A stretch of DNA of 64,000 nt from Minisyncoccota bacterium (lineage in GTDB: Bacteria; Patescibacteriota; Minisyncoccia; Phycocordibacterales; GWA1-40-21). Shown one piece after another: positions 9,896 through 16,656 of the stretch. Where the stretch lies: NCBI GenBank assembly GCA_041664585.1, contig JBAYKL010000004.1, forward strand, positions 19,775 through 83,774, written 5' to 3'. The notes below the pieces were generated by a model. It was given only the letters and a program-made list of their open reading frames with translations, was not told the origin of the DNA and made no database searches. Positions within the stretch are counted from its first letter, which is position 1. The number at the start of each line of letters is the position of its first letter. Both the position numbers and the translations under genes were made by a program.

Positions 9896-10365
9896 GAATC
9901 ATTTCAATAGACCCAGGATATGAAAGAATGGGCGTTGCTATAATAGATAAGGTTCAAGGAGGGAAGGAAACTCTAATCTTTTCTGAATGTTTTAAAACTA
10001 CCACAAAAATTTCTCATGATAAACGTCTCGGGCTTATTGGTTCTGAAGTAGAGAAGGTTATAAAAGAATTTGAACCGAAAGCTATGGCTATAGAAAACTT
10101 GTTTTTCAAAACAAATGCTAAAACAGCTATGCATGTAGCAGAAGCTAGGGGAGTGATGCTCTATGAAGCTGCGAAGAATGGATTAGGGGTAAGAGAGTTT
10201 ACACCGATGGAAATAAAAGTGGCTGTGACTGGATATGGTAAAAGCGAAAAGACTCAAGTGACAGAGATGGTGAAGAGATTAATTAAGATAGATAAGAAAA
10301 TAAAGTATGATGATGAGTTTGACGCGATAGCAGTGGGGCTTACATACTTTGCAATAGTAAAATAA
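9892..10365 (+). CDS. ruvC: Holliday junction resolvase RuvC. It overlaps the tyrS stop by 4 nt.
   Basis: 157 aa; MRIISIDPG start typical of RuvC; acidic catalytic residues. Confidence 0.85.
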   Translation: MRIISIDPGYERMGVAIIDKVQGGKETLIFSECFKTTTKISHDKRLGLIGSEVEKVIKEFEPKAMAIENLFFKTNAKTAMHVAEARGVMLYEAAKNGLGVREFTPMEIKVAVTGYGKSEKTQVTEMVKRLIKIDKKIKYDDEFDAIAVGLTYFAIVK

Positions 10366-10386
10366 AAACCGCCCAAAGGCGGTTTT
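10364..10386. terminator. Terminator aaaaccgcccaaaggcggtttt. It belongs to the same hairpin family as the one at 6017.
   Basis: GC stem plus T-run. Confidence 0.65.
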
Positions 10387-10389
10387 ACT

Positions 10390-10599
10390 TTACCATTCGT
10401 CGTTTGTTCTGAAGTCTAGTTCTTCTAGCTCATCATCTTCTCCAGCGAGAAGTTCTTCCTCCTCCAACCCTGTAGGAGAGGCATCATCAAAAGCTTCGAG
10501 AGCATCATCTGAAAGTAAGCCAGAAGATTTTTCTTCCGTTTCTTCTCCCTCTTCTTTTACATCACCTTTCTCTTCAACATCACCTTTCTTTTTTGCCAT
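10390..10599 (-). CDS. Extremely acidic 69-aa protein (Asp/Glu-rich, C-terminal ...NDEW).
   Basis: ORF with AT-rich upstream region; composition read directly. Confidence 0.4.
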   Translation of the reverse strand: MAKKKGDVEEKGDVKEEGEETEEKSSGLLSDDALEAFDDASPTGLEEEELLAGEDDELEELDFRTNDEW

Positions 10600-10689
10600 A
10601 TATTTAAAATATTTTTATCTTATTAATACTCATAAATGAGTAATTACGTATATTGTCTAAAGTTTTGGAAATTTTGCAAATATCAAAAC

Positions 10690-10698
10690 TGTGGATAA
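10690..10698. promoter_or_regulatory. Perfect DnaA box (TGTGGATAA) in the upstream region of the acidic-protein gene.
   Basis: Exact 9-mer. Confidence 0.3.
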
Positions 10699-10747
10699 CC
10701 AAAGGTAGCAGAAAGGTGGGGAAGTGTAAAGAGAAAATATACAAAAA

Positions 10748-10779
10748 GACCCCAATAATAAGGAGGGGTCAGAAAAAAG
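10748..10779 (-). terminator. Terminator hairpin gacccc-N11-ggggtc followed by a T-run on the minus strand, 3' of the membrane-protein gene.
   Basis: Read directly. Confidence 0.5.
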
Positions 10780-10783
10780 AATA

Positions 10784-11401
10784 TTATTTCTTCTTAAAGA
10801 ATGCGTATATCGGTATGGCTATTACGGGTATAAACATAAGTCCCACGATATTATTCTCCTTAATAGTTGGCGCATTGCCCCCATCATAAAAAAATACCAT
10901 CTGAAGAAATGCCCACAAAACCCATAACCCTGCAAACACGTAGATACTGTGCGCAATCCTTCCGAGTATGCTTAAGGGTTTGTATTTTTTAAGGACAACC
11001 TTCGGTGAAGTCGTAGGTGGTGCAGCAGCAACCTTGTTGTTTTGCAAAGAGATATTTTTTTTACTTGATTTTCTATTTAAAATCAATAGTAATGGAAGTA
11101 AGATTAACCACACTATCGCAACACCTATTTTTTCAAGAGACCCATAATCAGGGTTAGCTATTACATCTACAGTAAACATCGCTAGCCACATTAAAAGTAA
11201 GGATAAAAAAATTAAATTTGTACCGCCCGTTATCCCTTTTGAGATCTTACTCGAATTTTTAAGTTCAGCCGTTTTTTTAAAAGCCTCGTTTATATCAGCC
11301 TCAGTCCATCCACCAGTAGTTAGCTCACTAATTAAACTTTCTTTAGTCGCACCTTCAGAAACCTTTTTGTTTATGTATTCAAGTAGTTCTTGATTTATCA
11401 T
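10784..11401 (-). CDS. Hypothetical membrane protein (205 aa) with a soluble N-terminal domain followed by about 4 TM segments.
   Basis: Hydrophobicity pattern. Confidence 0.45.
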   Translation of the reverse strand: MINQELLEYINKKVSEGATKESLISELTTGGWTEADINEAFKKTAELKNSSKISKGITGGTNLIFLSLLLMWLAMFTVDVIANPDYGSLEKIGVAIVWLILLPLLLILNRKSSKKNISLQNNKVAAAPPTTSPKVVLKKYKPLSILGRIAHSIYVFAGLWVLWAFLQMVFFYDGGNAPTIKENNIVGLMFIPVIAIPIYAFFKKK

Positions 11402-11474
11402 ATATCAAATTATATCAAAGACATATATAAAGTATACTAAATAAAAAAGCCCGCAATTTATTGCAGGCTTTTTC

Positions 11475-12020
11475 TTATTCTTCTATCCCTTCCTCCACAT
11501 TCGTATAAACTTCCTGCACATCATCGTTATCTTCTAGTGCATCAAGTAGTTTTTCTAATTTCTCTGCATCTTCATCAGATATCGGCATCGTTGTTTTTGG
11601 AATCCATCCTTCGCGTGTTTTTTCAAATGCCCAAGAAGCACTTCCAGGAGTTGCTAGGGAAGAGCCGTTATTTGAAAGAATATGTTTAACTTCACCAGCT
11701 GCCCTATTTTTGTTGTCTGTAAGCACATCTATTATAACAGCAATACCTCCTGGACCGTATGATTCATAAGTGATTTCTTCCATATCGGCGCTATTATCAG
11801 TCGAAGCTTTTTTTACAGCTCTTTCAATGTTGTCACTAGGCATATTCGCTTCCTTGGCCTTTTCTATAACGGCTCGTACACCAGGAGCATTAATATCTCC
11901 TTTTGCTTTCTTAGCTTCAACTGTTAGAAGTCTAACAATCTTTGTAAAGACTTTGCTTTTTTGTGCATCGTTTTTTGCTTTGAGTCTTTTTATTTTTGAA
12001 AATTTATTGTGTCCGCTCAT
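11475..12020 (-). CDS. yebC: YebC/PmpR-family protein, a shortened 181-aa form.
   Basis: N-terminal MSGHNKFSKIKRLKAK... and the ESYGPGG / NKNRAA motifs align with YebC; roughly 60 aa shorter than typical. Confidence 0.7.
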   Translation of the reverse strand: MSGHNKFSKIKRLKAKNDAQKSKVFTKIVRLLTVEAKKAKGDINAPGVRAVIEKAKEANMPSDNIERAVKKASTDNSADMEEITYESYGPGGIAVIIDVLTDNKNRAAGEVKHILSNNGSSLATPGSASWAFEKTREGWIPKTTMPISDEDAEKLEKLLDALEDNDDVQEVYTNVEEGIEE

Positions 12021-12033
12021 AACTTTAATTTAA

Positions 12034-13077
12034 TTATTCCAAATCCAACCCTTTTAATTTCTTTCCTAAATGTTTCCTCGCTCTATCTGTAACCACTCTT
12101 CCTCTAGAAGTTCTTTCTATAAAACCGAGTTGTAATAGATATGGTTCGTATACGTCTTCTATTGTTGATTGCTCTTCTGAAAGGGAAGCGGCGAGAGTAT
12201 TGAGTCCTACTGGTCCGCCGTTAAATTTGTCTTCAATAACATTGAGCATCGCTCTGTCTACGGCATTCAGTCCCACATTATCTATCCCAAGCATCTCCAA
12301 AGATTCCTTTACGATATCATTTGTGAGCTTTTGTTCTCTTATTTGGGCCAAATCTCTACTTCTTTTCAATAAATAGTTAGCTGTTCTAGGAGTAGATCTG
12401 CTTCTCTTGGCTATTTCTTCTTTTGCTTCATTGTCTATCTCAACATTTAATATTTTTGCAGACCTTTCTATGATTTTTCCTATTTCTTCTTCAGTATAAA
12501 AATCCAATTTGAATACACCTCCAGAAAAACGAGAGCGAAGTGGTGCAGAAAGCATAGCAATACGAGTGGTCGCAGCTATAAGAGTGAAAGCAGGGAGCTC
12601 TAACTGTATTGTTCTAGCACTTGGACCCTTACCAATAATAATATCAAGCACACCAGACTCCATAGCAGGGTAGAGGACTTCTTCAATCGCCTTATTTAAT
12701 CTATGAATCTCATCTATAAAAAGAATATCACCAGGCGAAAGGTTTGTAAGTATAGAAGCGAGGTCTCCAACCTTTTCTATTGCAGGGCCTGAGGTAGCTT
12801 TAAGCTGCGCACGTGTTTCGTGTGCTATTAAGTGTGCCAGAGTTGTCTTTCCAAGGCCCGGAGGACCATAGAAAAGTAAGTGTTCAGGTGGGTGTTGTCT
12901 TTGTTTTGCAGCAGTGAGAAGTATTTTTAAGTTTTCTTTTATATTTTTTTGACCAATGTATTCATCCCAAGAATTTGGTCTTAGTGTCTGATCAAGAAAT
13001 TTTGTATCTGTAATTTTAGGGCTTATTTCTTGAGTATTTTCAGTATTTGTAATTTTATTGTCATTTTTGCTTGACAT
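12034..13077 (-). CDS. ruvB: Holliday junction branch-migration helicase RuvB.
   Basis: 347 aa; AAA+ Walker [12 protein letters not shown]; RuvB N- and C-terminal domains. No ruvA lies adjacent. Confidence 0.9.
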   Translation of the reverse strand: MSSKNDNKITNTENTQEISPKITDTKFLDQTLRPNSWDEYIGQKNIKENLKILLTAAKQRQHPPEHLLFYGPPGLGKTTLAHLIAHETRAQLKATSGPAIEKVGDLASILTNLSPGDILFIDEIHRLNKAIEEVLYPAMESGVLDIIIGKGPSARTIQLELPAFTLIAATTRIAMLSAPLRSRFSGGVFKLDFYTEEEIGKIIERSAKILNVEIDNEAKEEIAKRSRSTPRTANYLLKRSRDLAQIREQKLTNDIVKESLEMLGIDNVGLNAVDRAMLNVIEDKFNGGPVGLNTLAASLSEEQSTIEDVYEPYLLQLGFIERTSRGRVVTDRARKHLGKKLKGLDLE

Positions 13078-13098
13078 AATATTTATTTATGCTATACT
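13071..13098 (+). promoter_or_regulatory. Near-consensus sigma70 promoter TTGACA-16-TATACT, pointing into the ruvB-pilB intergenic region.
   Basis: -35 at 13071-13076, -10 at 13093-13098. Confidence 0.45.
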
Positions 13099-13104
13099 CT
13101 TACC

Positions 13105-13356
13105 AGAGCCTAAATGACGGGCTTTTTTGTTTCCTTAATAATTCGTTCAGGTTATAAATCTCTAAACAATTATATTCGCAAGAATTTACGAGTTTTTTTT
13201 CAAGGACACGTTGGTTTATTTCTTCGGAAATATTGCTGAAGTTATCCTTAAAGACTAATTTAACTTTTTACCGCCAGGTTTAAAGTATTGTTTAGAGATT
13301 TATGTTCTGAACTTCTCATTCAAGCATTGCCGAAGAGGTGATGCTTGTTTGTTTTT
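13105..13356 (+). ncRNA. Candidate ~250-nt structured small RNA (or MITE-like element). The promoter-to-terminator unit contains a 25-bp long-range inverted repeat (13146-13168 / 13285-13310) and an internal hairpin cttcGGAAATATTGCTgaag.
   Basis: Consensus promoter upstream, terminator aagcat-N13-atgctt + gtttgttttt at 13321-13356, a 17-bp perfect plus 5-bp extended inverted repeat, and no credible ORF. Confidence 0.3.
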
Positions 13357-13407
13357 ATATTATTCTCTTTTAAATTTTATGCAAGCACCAAAAAATTTAA
13401 AACACGA

Positions 13408-15108
13408 CTAGATTTTTATTTCAAGATCTATAACTCTACCAAGTTCATCGAATGTGCTTATACCTCTGAGGATTTTTAATACACCATCTTGCTTCATATC
13501 TAGAATATTTTGAGATCTCGATGCTTGTTTTACACTTTCTTCGCTTGGGTTGTTTGTGATAGCTTCCCCTACATCTTTTGTGGCAAGAACAGCTTCACAT
13601 ATAGCGACTCTACCTTTATATCCTGTGCCGTTACATTTATCACAACCTTTTGCTTCCCAGACTTTTTCTGACTGTGTTCCTTCCAAATATGTCTTATCAT
13701 CTATAGAAGCAACCGTTTCTTCAATAATTTTCTTCTCTTTTTCATTTGGAGGTCTTTCTTGTTTACAATTCAAACAAAGTTTTCTTATAAGTCTTTGCGC
13801 CATAACTACATTCACTGCGGAGGTAATAATCTGAGGATTTACTGATAGCTCAATGAGTCTTGGGAAAGCACCAACAGCACTGTTTGTGTGTAGGGTAGAG
13901 AATACCAAGTGTCCAGTAAGGGCTGCATTGATAGCAGTACTTGCTGTTTCGCTATCTCTGATTTCTCCAACCATTATCACATCTGGGTCTTGTCTAAGAG
14001 CGGCTCTAAGACCAGCTAAGAATGTATATCCTTTGTCTTCTTCAACTTGTGTCTGCACAACACCATTTAGGTGATATTCGATAGGGTCTTCAATTGTGAG
14101 TATTTTGATATCTTGAGAGTTTATTTTCTTCATGAATGCATACAGAGTAGTTGTTTTACCAGATCCAGTAGGACCAGTTATGAGGAGCATCCCGTTTGGT
14201 TTTTGAATTTGTTCCAATAGGATCGCTAGTGTTCTTGGTTCTATGCCCAAACTCTCTAATGGCACAGAAATTGATTTTGGATTCAAAAGTCTCATAACAA
14301 TGGATTCATTGTACGCGCCAGGAAGCACAGAGGTTCTTATTTGTATTTCACTATCTTGTATTTTTACAGCGAATCTTCCGTCTTGCGCTTCTGATTTTAT
14401 GTTTAACTTAAGACCAGAAAGTAATTTTATTCTAGAAAGGATTAAGGAATATGTAGGGAGATCGAATTTAATTATGTCTATAAGAACACCATCAAGTCTG
14501 AATCTCATTCTGACTTCTGTTTCTTCTGGCTCAATGTGAATATCGGAAGCCCCAAGAGCTAGAGACCCAGCAAGCATAATCTCCATTATCTTAGAAATTC
14601 TGTAAGCTTGTTTTATTCCGTTTAATTCTCCTGTAAGTCTTATAACATCCTGAACAACCTTTATTTGGTTTGTGAGTTCTACAACATGTTCATTAGAGAT
14701 ATCAAAGCTTCCAGCTTTGCTTTCAGATGCATATGACAAATCTTTATATCTGGACCAAGCTTTCTCTAAACTCTTTCTTGAAACCATGTGCATGGTAGGG
14801 AAGTAGCCATCTTCATCTAACTGCTTGATTATGGCCAAAGTCTTCTCGTTCTTAGGAGAGAGAACTGCAACTTGTACTCTTTTTGCAACAGCATCAAATA
14901 TGGCGAGATTGCCTAATTTAGCATTTTCTTCGTTTATTATTCTCAGTGCATCGGAGTTAATGGGTACTGGTCCAAGGTCTAAATAGTTTAATCCATACCT
15001 ATCAGCCAGAAGTTTTGCAACATCCTCCTCTTCTACTTTGCGCATTTCTTCCATGCGTTTGTTTTGTTTTTCTTCATCAAAGACTACCATATGACAATAT
15101 GATAACAT
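13408..15108 (-). CDS. pilB: Type IV pilus / T2SS assembly ATPase (PilB/GspE family), paralog 1.
   Basis: 566 aa; GspII_E N-terminal domain; Walker A GPTGSGKTTT; Asp and His boxes; tetracysteine motif CLNC...CDKCNGTG. Confidence 0.85.
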   Translation of the reverse strand: MLSYCHMVVFDEEKQNKRMEEMRKVEEEDVAKLLADRYGLNYLDLGPVPINSDALRIINEENAKLGNLAIFDAVAKRVQVAVLSPKNEKTLAIIKQLDEDGYFPTMHMVSRKSLEKAWSRYKDLSYASESKAGSFDISNEHVVELTNQIKVVQDVIRLTGELNGIKQAYRISKIMEIMLAGSLALGASDIHIEPEETEVRMRFRLDGVLIDIIKFDLPTYSLILSRIKLLSGLKLNIKSEAQDGRFAVKIQDSEIQIRTSVLPGAYNESIVMRLLNPKSISVPLESLGIEPRTLAILLEQIQKPNGMLLITGPTGSGKTTTLYAFMKKINSQDIKILTIEDPIEYHLNGVVQTQVEEDKGYTFLAGLRAALRQDPDVIMVGEIRDSETASTAINAALTGHLVFSTLHTNSAVGAFPRLIELSVNPQIITSAVNVVMAQRLIRKLCLNCKQERPPNEKEKKIIEETVASIDDKTYLEGTQSEKVWEAKGCDKCNGTGYKGRVAICEAVLATKDVGEAITNNPSEESVKQASRSQNILDMKQDGVLKILRGISTFDELGRVIDLEIKI

Positions 15109-15180
15109 TTTAAAAGAATTTTCTCCAAGGGTTTGATATTTTTAAAAAAAATAATTGAAATATTACACCATAAAAAGAGG

Positions 15181-15208
15181 TTGACACACAAGCTATCTGT
15201 AGTATAAT
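15181..15208 (+). promoter_or_regulatory. Consensus sigma70 promoter TTGACA-16-TATAAT.
   Basis: -35 at 15181-15186, -10 at 15203-15208. Confidence 0.6.
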
Positions 15209-15251
15209 ACTTGGGAAGGTGGGTTTTGATATCTTAACAAGAAAGGAGATT

Positions 15252-15566
15252 ATGAAAACTACCATTTTGATTGTTTTGTTCTTTGTCTGTGTGACGTTTA
15301 CAGCACAGCAGGCAACTGCTGCTGATGTTCGGTGGGGTGTGTCCATAAGTCCTGGTGTCATTGTTTACGACTCTCCTCAGTATGAGCGTAGGTTGGTCGT
15401 AACCAGAGATTATTACGGCAACGTAATTGAAAGTCATTACGAACTGGTACCTGTGTACATGCCACCTCCGCCCCCGCCGCGTTATTACCCAGTTGTTTAT
15501 CCTTGGTTTACAATTGGTAGTTCGCACCATCATGGTCACCATGGCCATCACGGGGGACATCGCTAA
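15252..15566 (+). CDS. Small secreted Pro/Tyr/His-rich protein A (104 aa precursor with Sec signal peptide, PPPPPP run, C-terminal HHHGHHGHHGGH).
   Basis: Strong RBS aaaggagat 5 nt before ATG 15252; signal peptide MKTTILIVLFFVCVTFTAQQATA. Confidence 0.6.
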   Translation: MKTTILIVLFFVCVTFTAQQATAADVRWGVSISPGVIVYDSPQYERRLVVTRDYYGNVIESHYELVPVYMPPPPPPRYYPVVYPWFTIGSSHHHGHHGHHGGHR

Positions 15567-15584
15567 TTAAGTCGGCTTAGGCCA

Positions 15585-15612
15585 AAAAGCGAGGAAATTC
15601 CTCGCTTTTTTT
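15585..15612 (+). terminator. Terminator gcgaggaaattcctcgc followed by T8.
   Basis: Perfect 6-bp stem and U-run. Confidence 0.7.
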
Positions 15613-15627
15613 ATATCTAAAATATGC

Positions 15628-15655
15628 TTGACAAACATTTCATTTAGTGTATAAT
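15628..15655 (+). promoter_or_regulatory. Consensus sigma70 promoter TTGACA-16-TATAAT for the second small secreted protein.
   Basis: -35 at 15628-15633, -10 at 15650-15655. Confidence 0.6.
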
Positions 15656-15707
15656 GGTATACAAAGGTATTGTTTTCAAGAATCTTAAACAAAAGGAAGG
15701 AGATCTC

Positions 15708-16091
15708 ATGAAAACTGTAAGTTTGTTCATTCTATGCGTGGTGTGCTTTGCTCAGGTGTCTGTCGCTGACGGCTGGAATCTTAATGTTAATTTTCCGCCT
15801 CCGCCGCAGCAACAGGTGATAGTGGTTCGTGAACCCGCACCCCCTCCGGTAGTTATATACCGCGAGGCGCCGCCGGTTGTTATTTACGAACAACCTCGGC
15901 GCTGGGGATATTCCTACGAATATGAATACCAGGCTGGTATATCAATTTCGATAGGGAGTGGCGGAGGTCATTACCCCAGTCATTACAACGACCGTAATCA
16001 TTACGAACGTCGTCGTGGTGGTGACCCGTGGGGATCACACAATGCACCAGTTGATACACCGCATCGTCCAGCTAACAACTGTGCTTGGTAA
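15708..16091 (+). CDS. Small secreted Pro/Tyr/His-rich protein B, a paralog of A (127 aa precursor with PPPP and VVIY repeats, His-rich tail).
   Basis: RBS aaggaaggag; signal peptide MKTVSLFILCVVCFAQVSVA; motifs shared with protein A. Confidence 0.6.
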   Translation: MKTVSLFILCVVCFAQVSVADGWNLNVNFPPPPQQQVIVVREPAPPPVVIYREAPPVVIYEQPRRWGYSYEYEYQAGISISIGSGGGHYPSHYNDRNHYERRRGGDPWGSHNAPVDTPHRPANNCAW

Positions 16092-16107
16092 AGACGAGTC
16101 GGTACGA

Positions 16108-16138
16108 ACGGCGAGGATTAAACCCCTCGCTGTTTTTT
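16108..16138 (+). terminator. Terminator gcgagg-attaaacc-cctcgc followed by a T-run.
   Basis: Read directly. Confidence 0.65.
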
Positions 16139-16174
16139 ATTTCCAAATTTTCTTTTTATGATAATATCTTATTT

Positions 16175-16609
16175 ATGAAGATATTAAGTAAATCTTTAGA
16201 AGATACAGAAAAAATAGCCAAAGATTTTTTGGAGAAACTTGCGCTATCTTCTTTTGAAGAGGCAACTATTGTAGGGCTTTATGGAGACCTTGGGTCAGGG
16301 AAGACCACTTTCACACAATCCATAGCAAAAATATTTGGTATTAAAGAGGATATTACAAGTCCGACTTTTGTTATTGAAAAAATATATTCCTTAGAGAATC
16401 CTTTTTATCATAATCTTATACACATAGACGCATATCGCCTAGAATATACAAAAGAAATGCATGCTCTTGGTTGGGAAAATATTTCTAAAAATCCACATAA
16501 TATTATATTTATAGAATGGCCAGAAAGAGTAATAGACGCTTTGCCAGAAAATCATTTGAAAATAAACTTTAAATTTGTTTCGGAGAATGAGAGGGAGATA
16601 GAGATTTAA
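16175..16609 (+). CDS. tsaE: tRNA threonylcarbamoyladenosine biosynthesis ATPase TsaE. The start was trimmed to MKILSKS.
   Basis: 144 aa; P-loop GDLGSGKTTF typical of TsaE/YjeE. Confidence 0.75.
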   Translation: MKILSKSLEDTEKIAKDFLEKLALSSFEEATIVGLYGDLGSGKTTFTQSIAKIFGIKEDITSPTFVIEKIYSLENPFYHNLIHIDAYRLEYTKEMHALGWENISKNPHNIIFIEWPERVIDALPENHLKINFKFVSENEREIEI

Positions 16610-16649
16610 TTATCCACATCTTGCCAAGGTGCTAGGGGGGGGCTATAAT
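16610..16649 (+). promoter_or_regulatory. Promoter TTGCCA-17-TATAAT for the 16657 gene. A G8 homopolymer (16635-16642) lies inside the spacer and a perfect DnaA box TTATCCACA (16610-16618) abuts the -35.
   Basis: -35 at 16621-16626, -10 at 16644-16649. The ATG is 7 nt downstream, so the mRNA is leaderless. Confidence 0.5.
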
Positions 16650-16656
16650 AGTAGAA

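Noticed and set aside
10653-10889. 78-aa ORF (MSKVLEILQ...) on the + strand.
   Set aside because: It overlaps the minus-strand terminator and the 3' end of the 10784-11401 membrane-protein gene. It has low complexity and no RBS.
13146-13310. The 25-bp inverted repeat was considered as the termini of a transposon/MITE with an internal gene.
   Set aside because: No transposase ORF, no obvious target-site duplication, and only one copy in this window. It is kept as an sRNA/MITE candidate finding rather than annotated as a mobile element.
15234-15560. 108-aa ORF antisense to the first His-rich peptide gene, plus other antisense/shadow ORFs (e.g. 13550-13834, 17216-17668, 19608-20018, 26583-27113, 38119-38583).
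   Set aside because: They lie entirely within well-supported genes on the opposite strand or in alternate frames of repeats, and lack RBS or promoter and conserved motifs.
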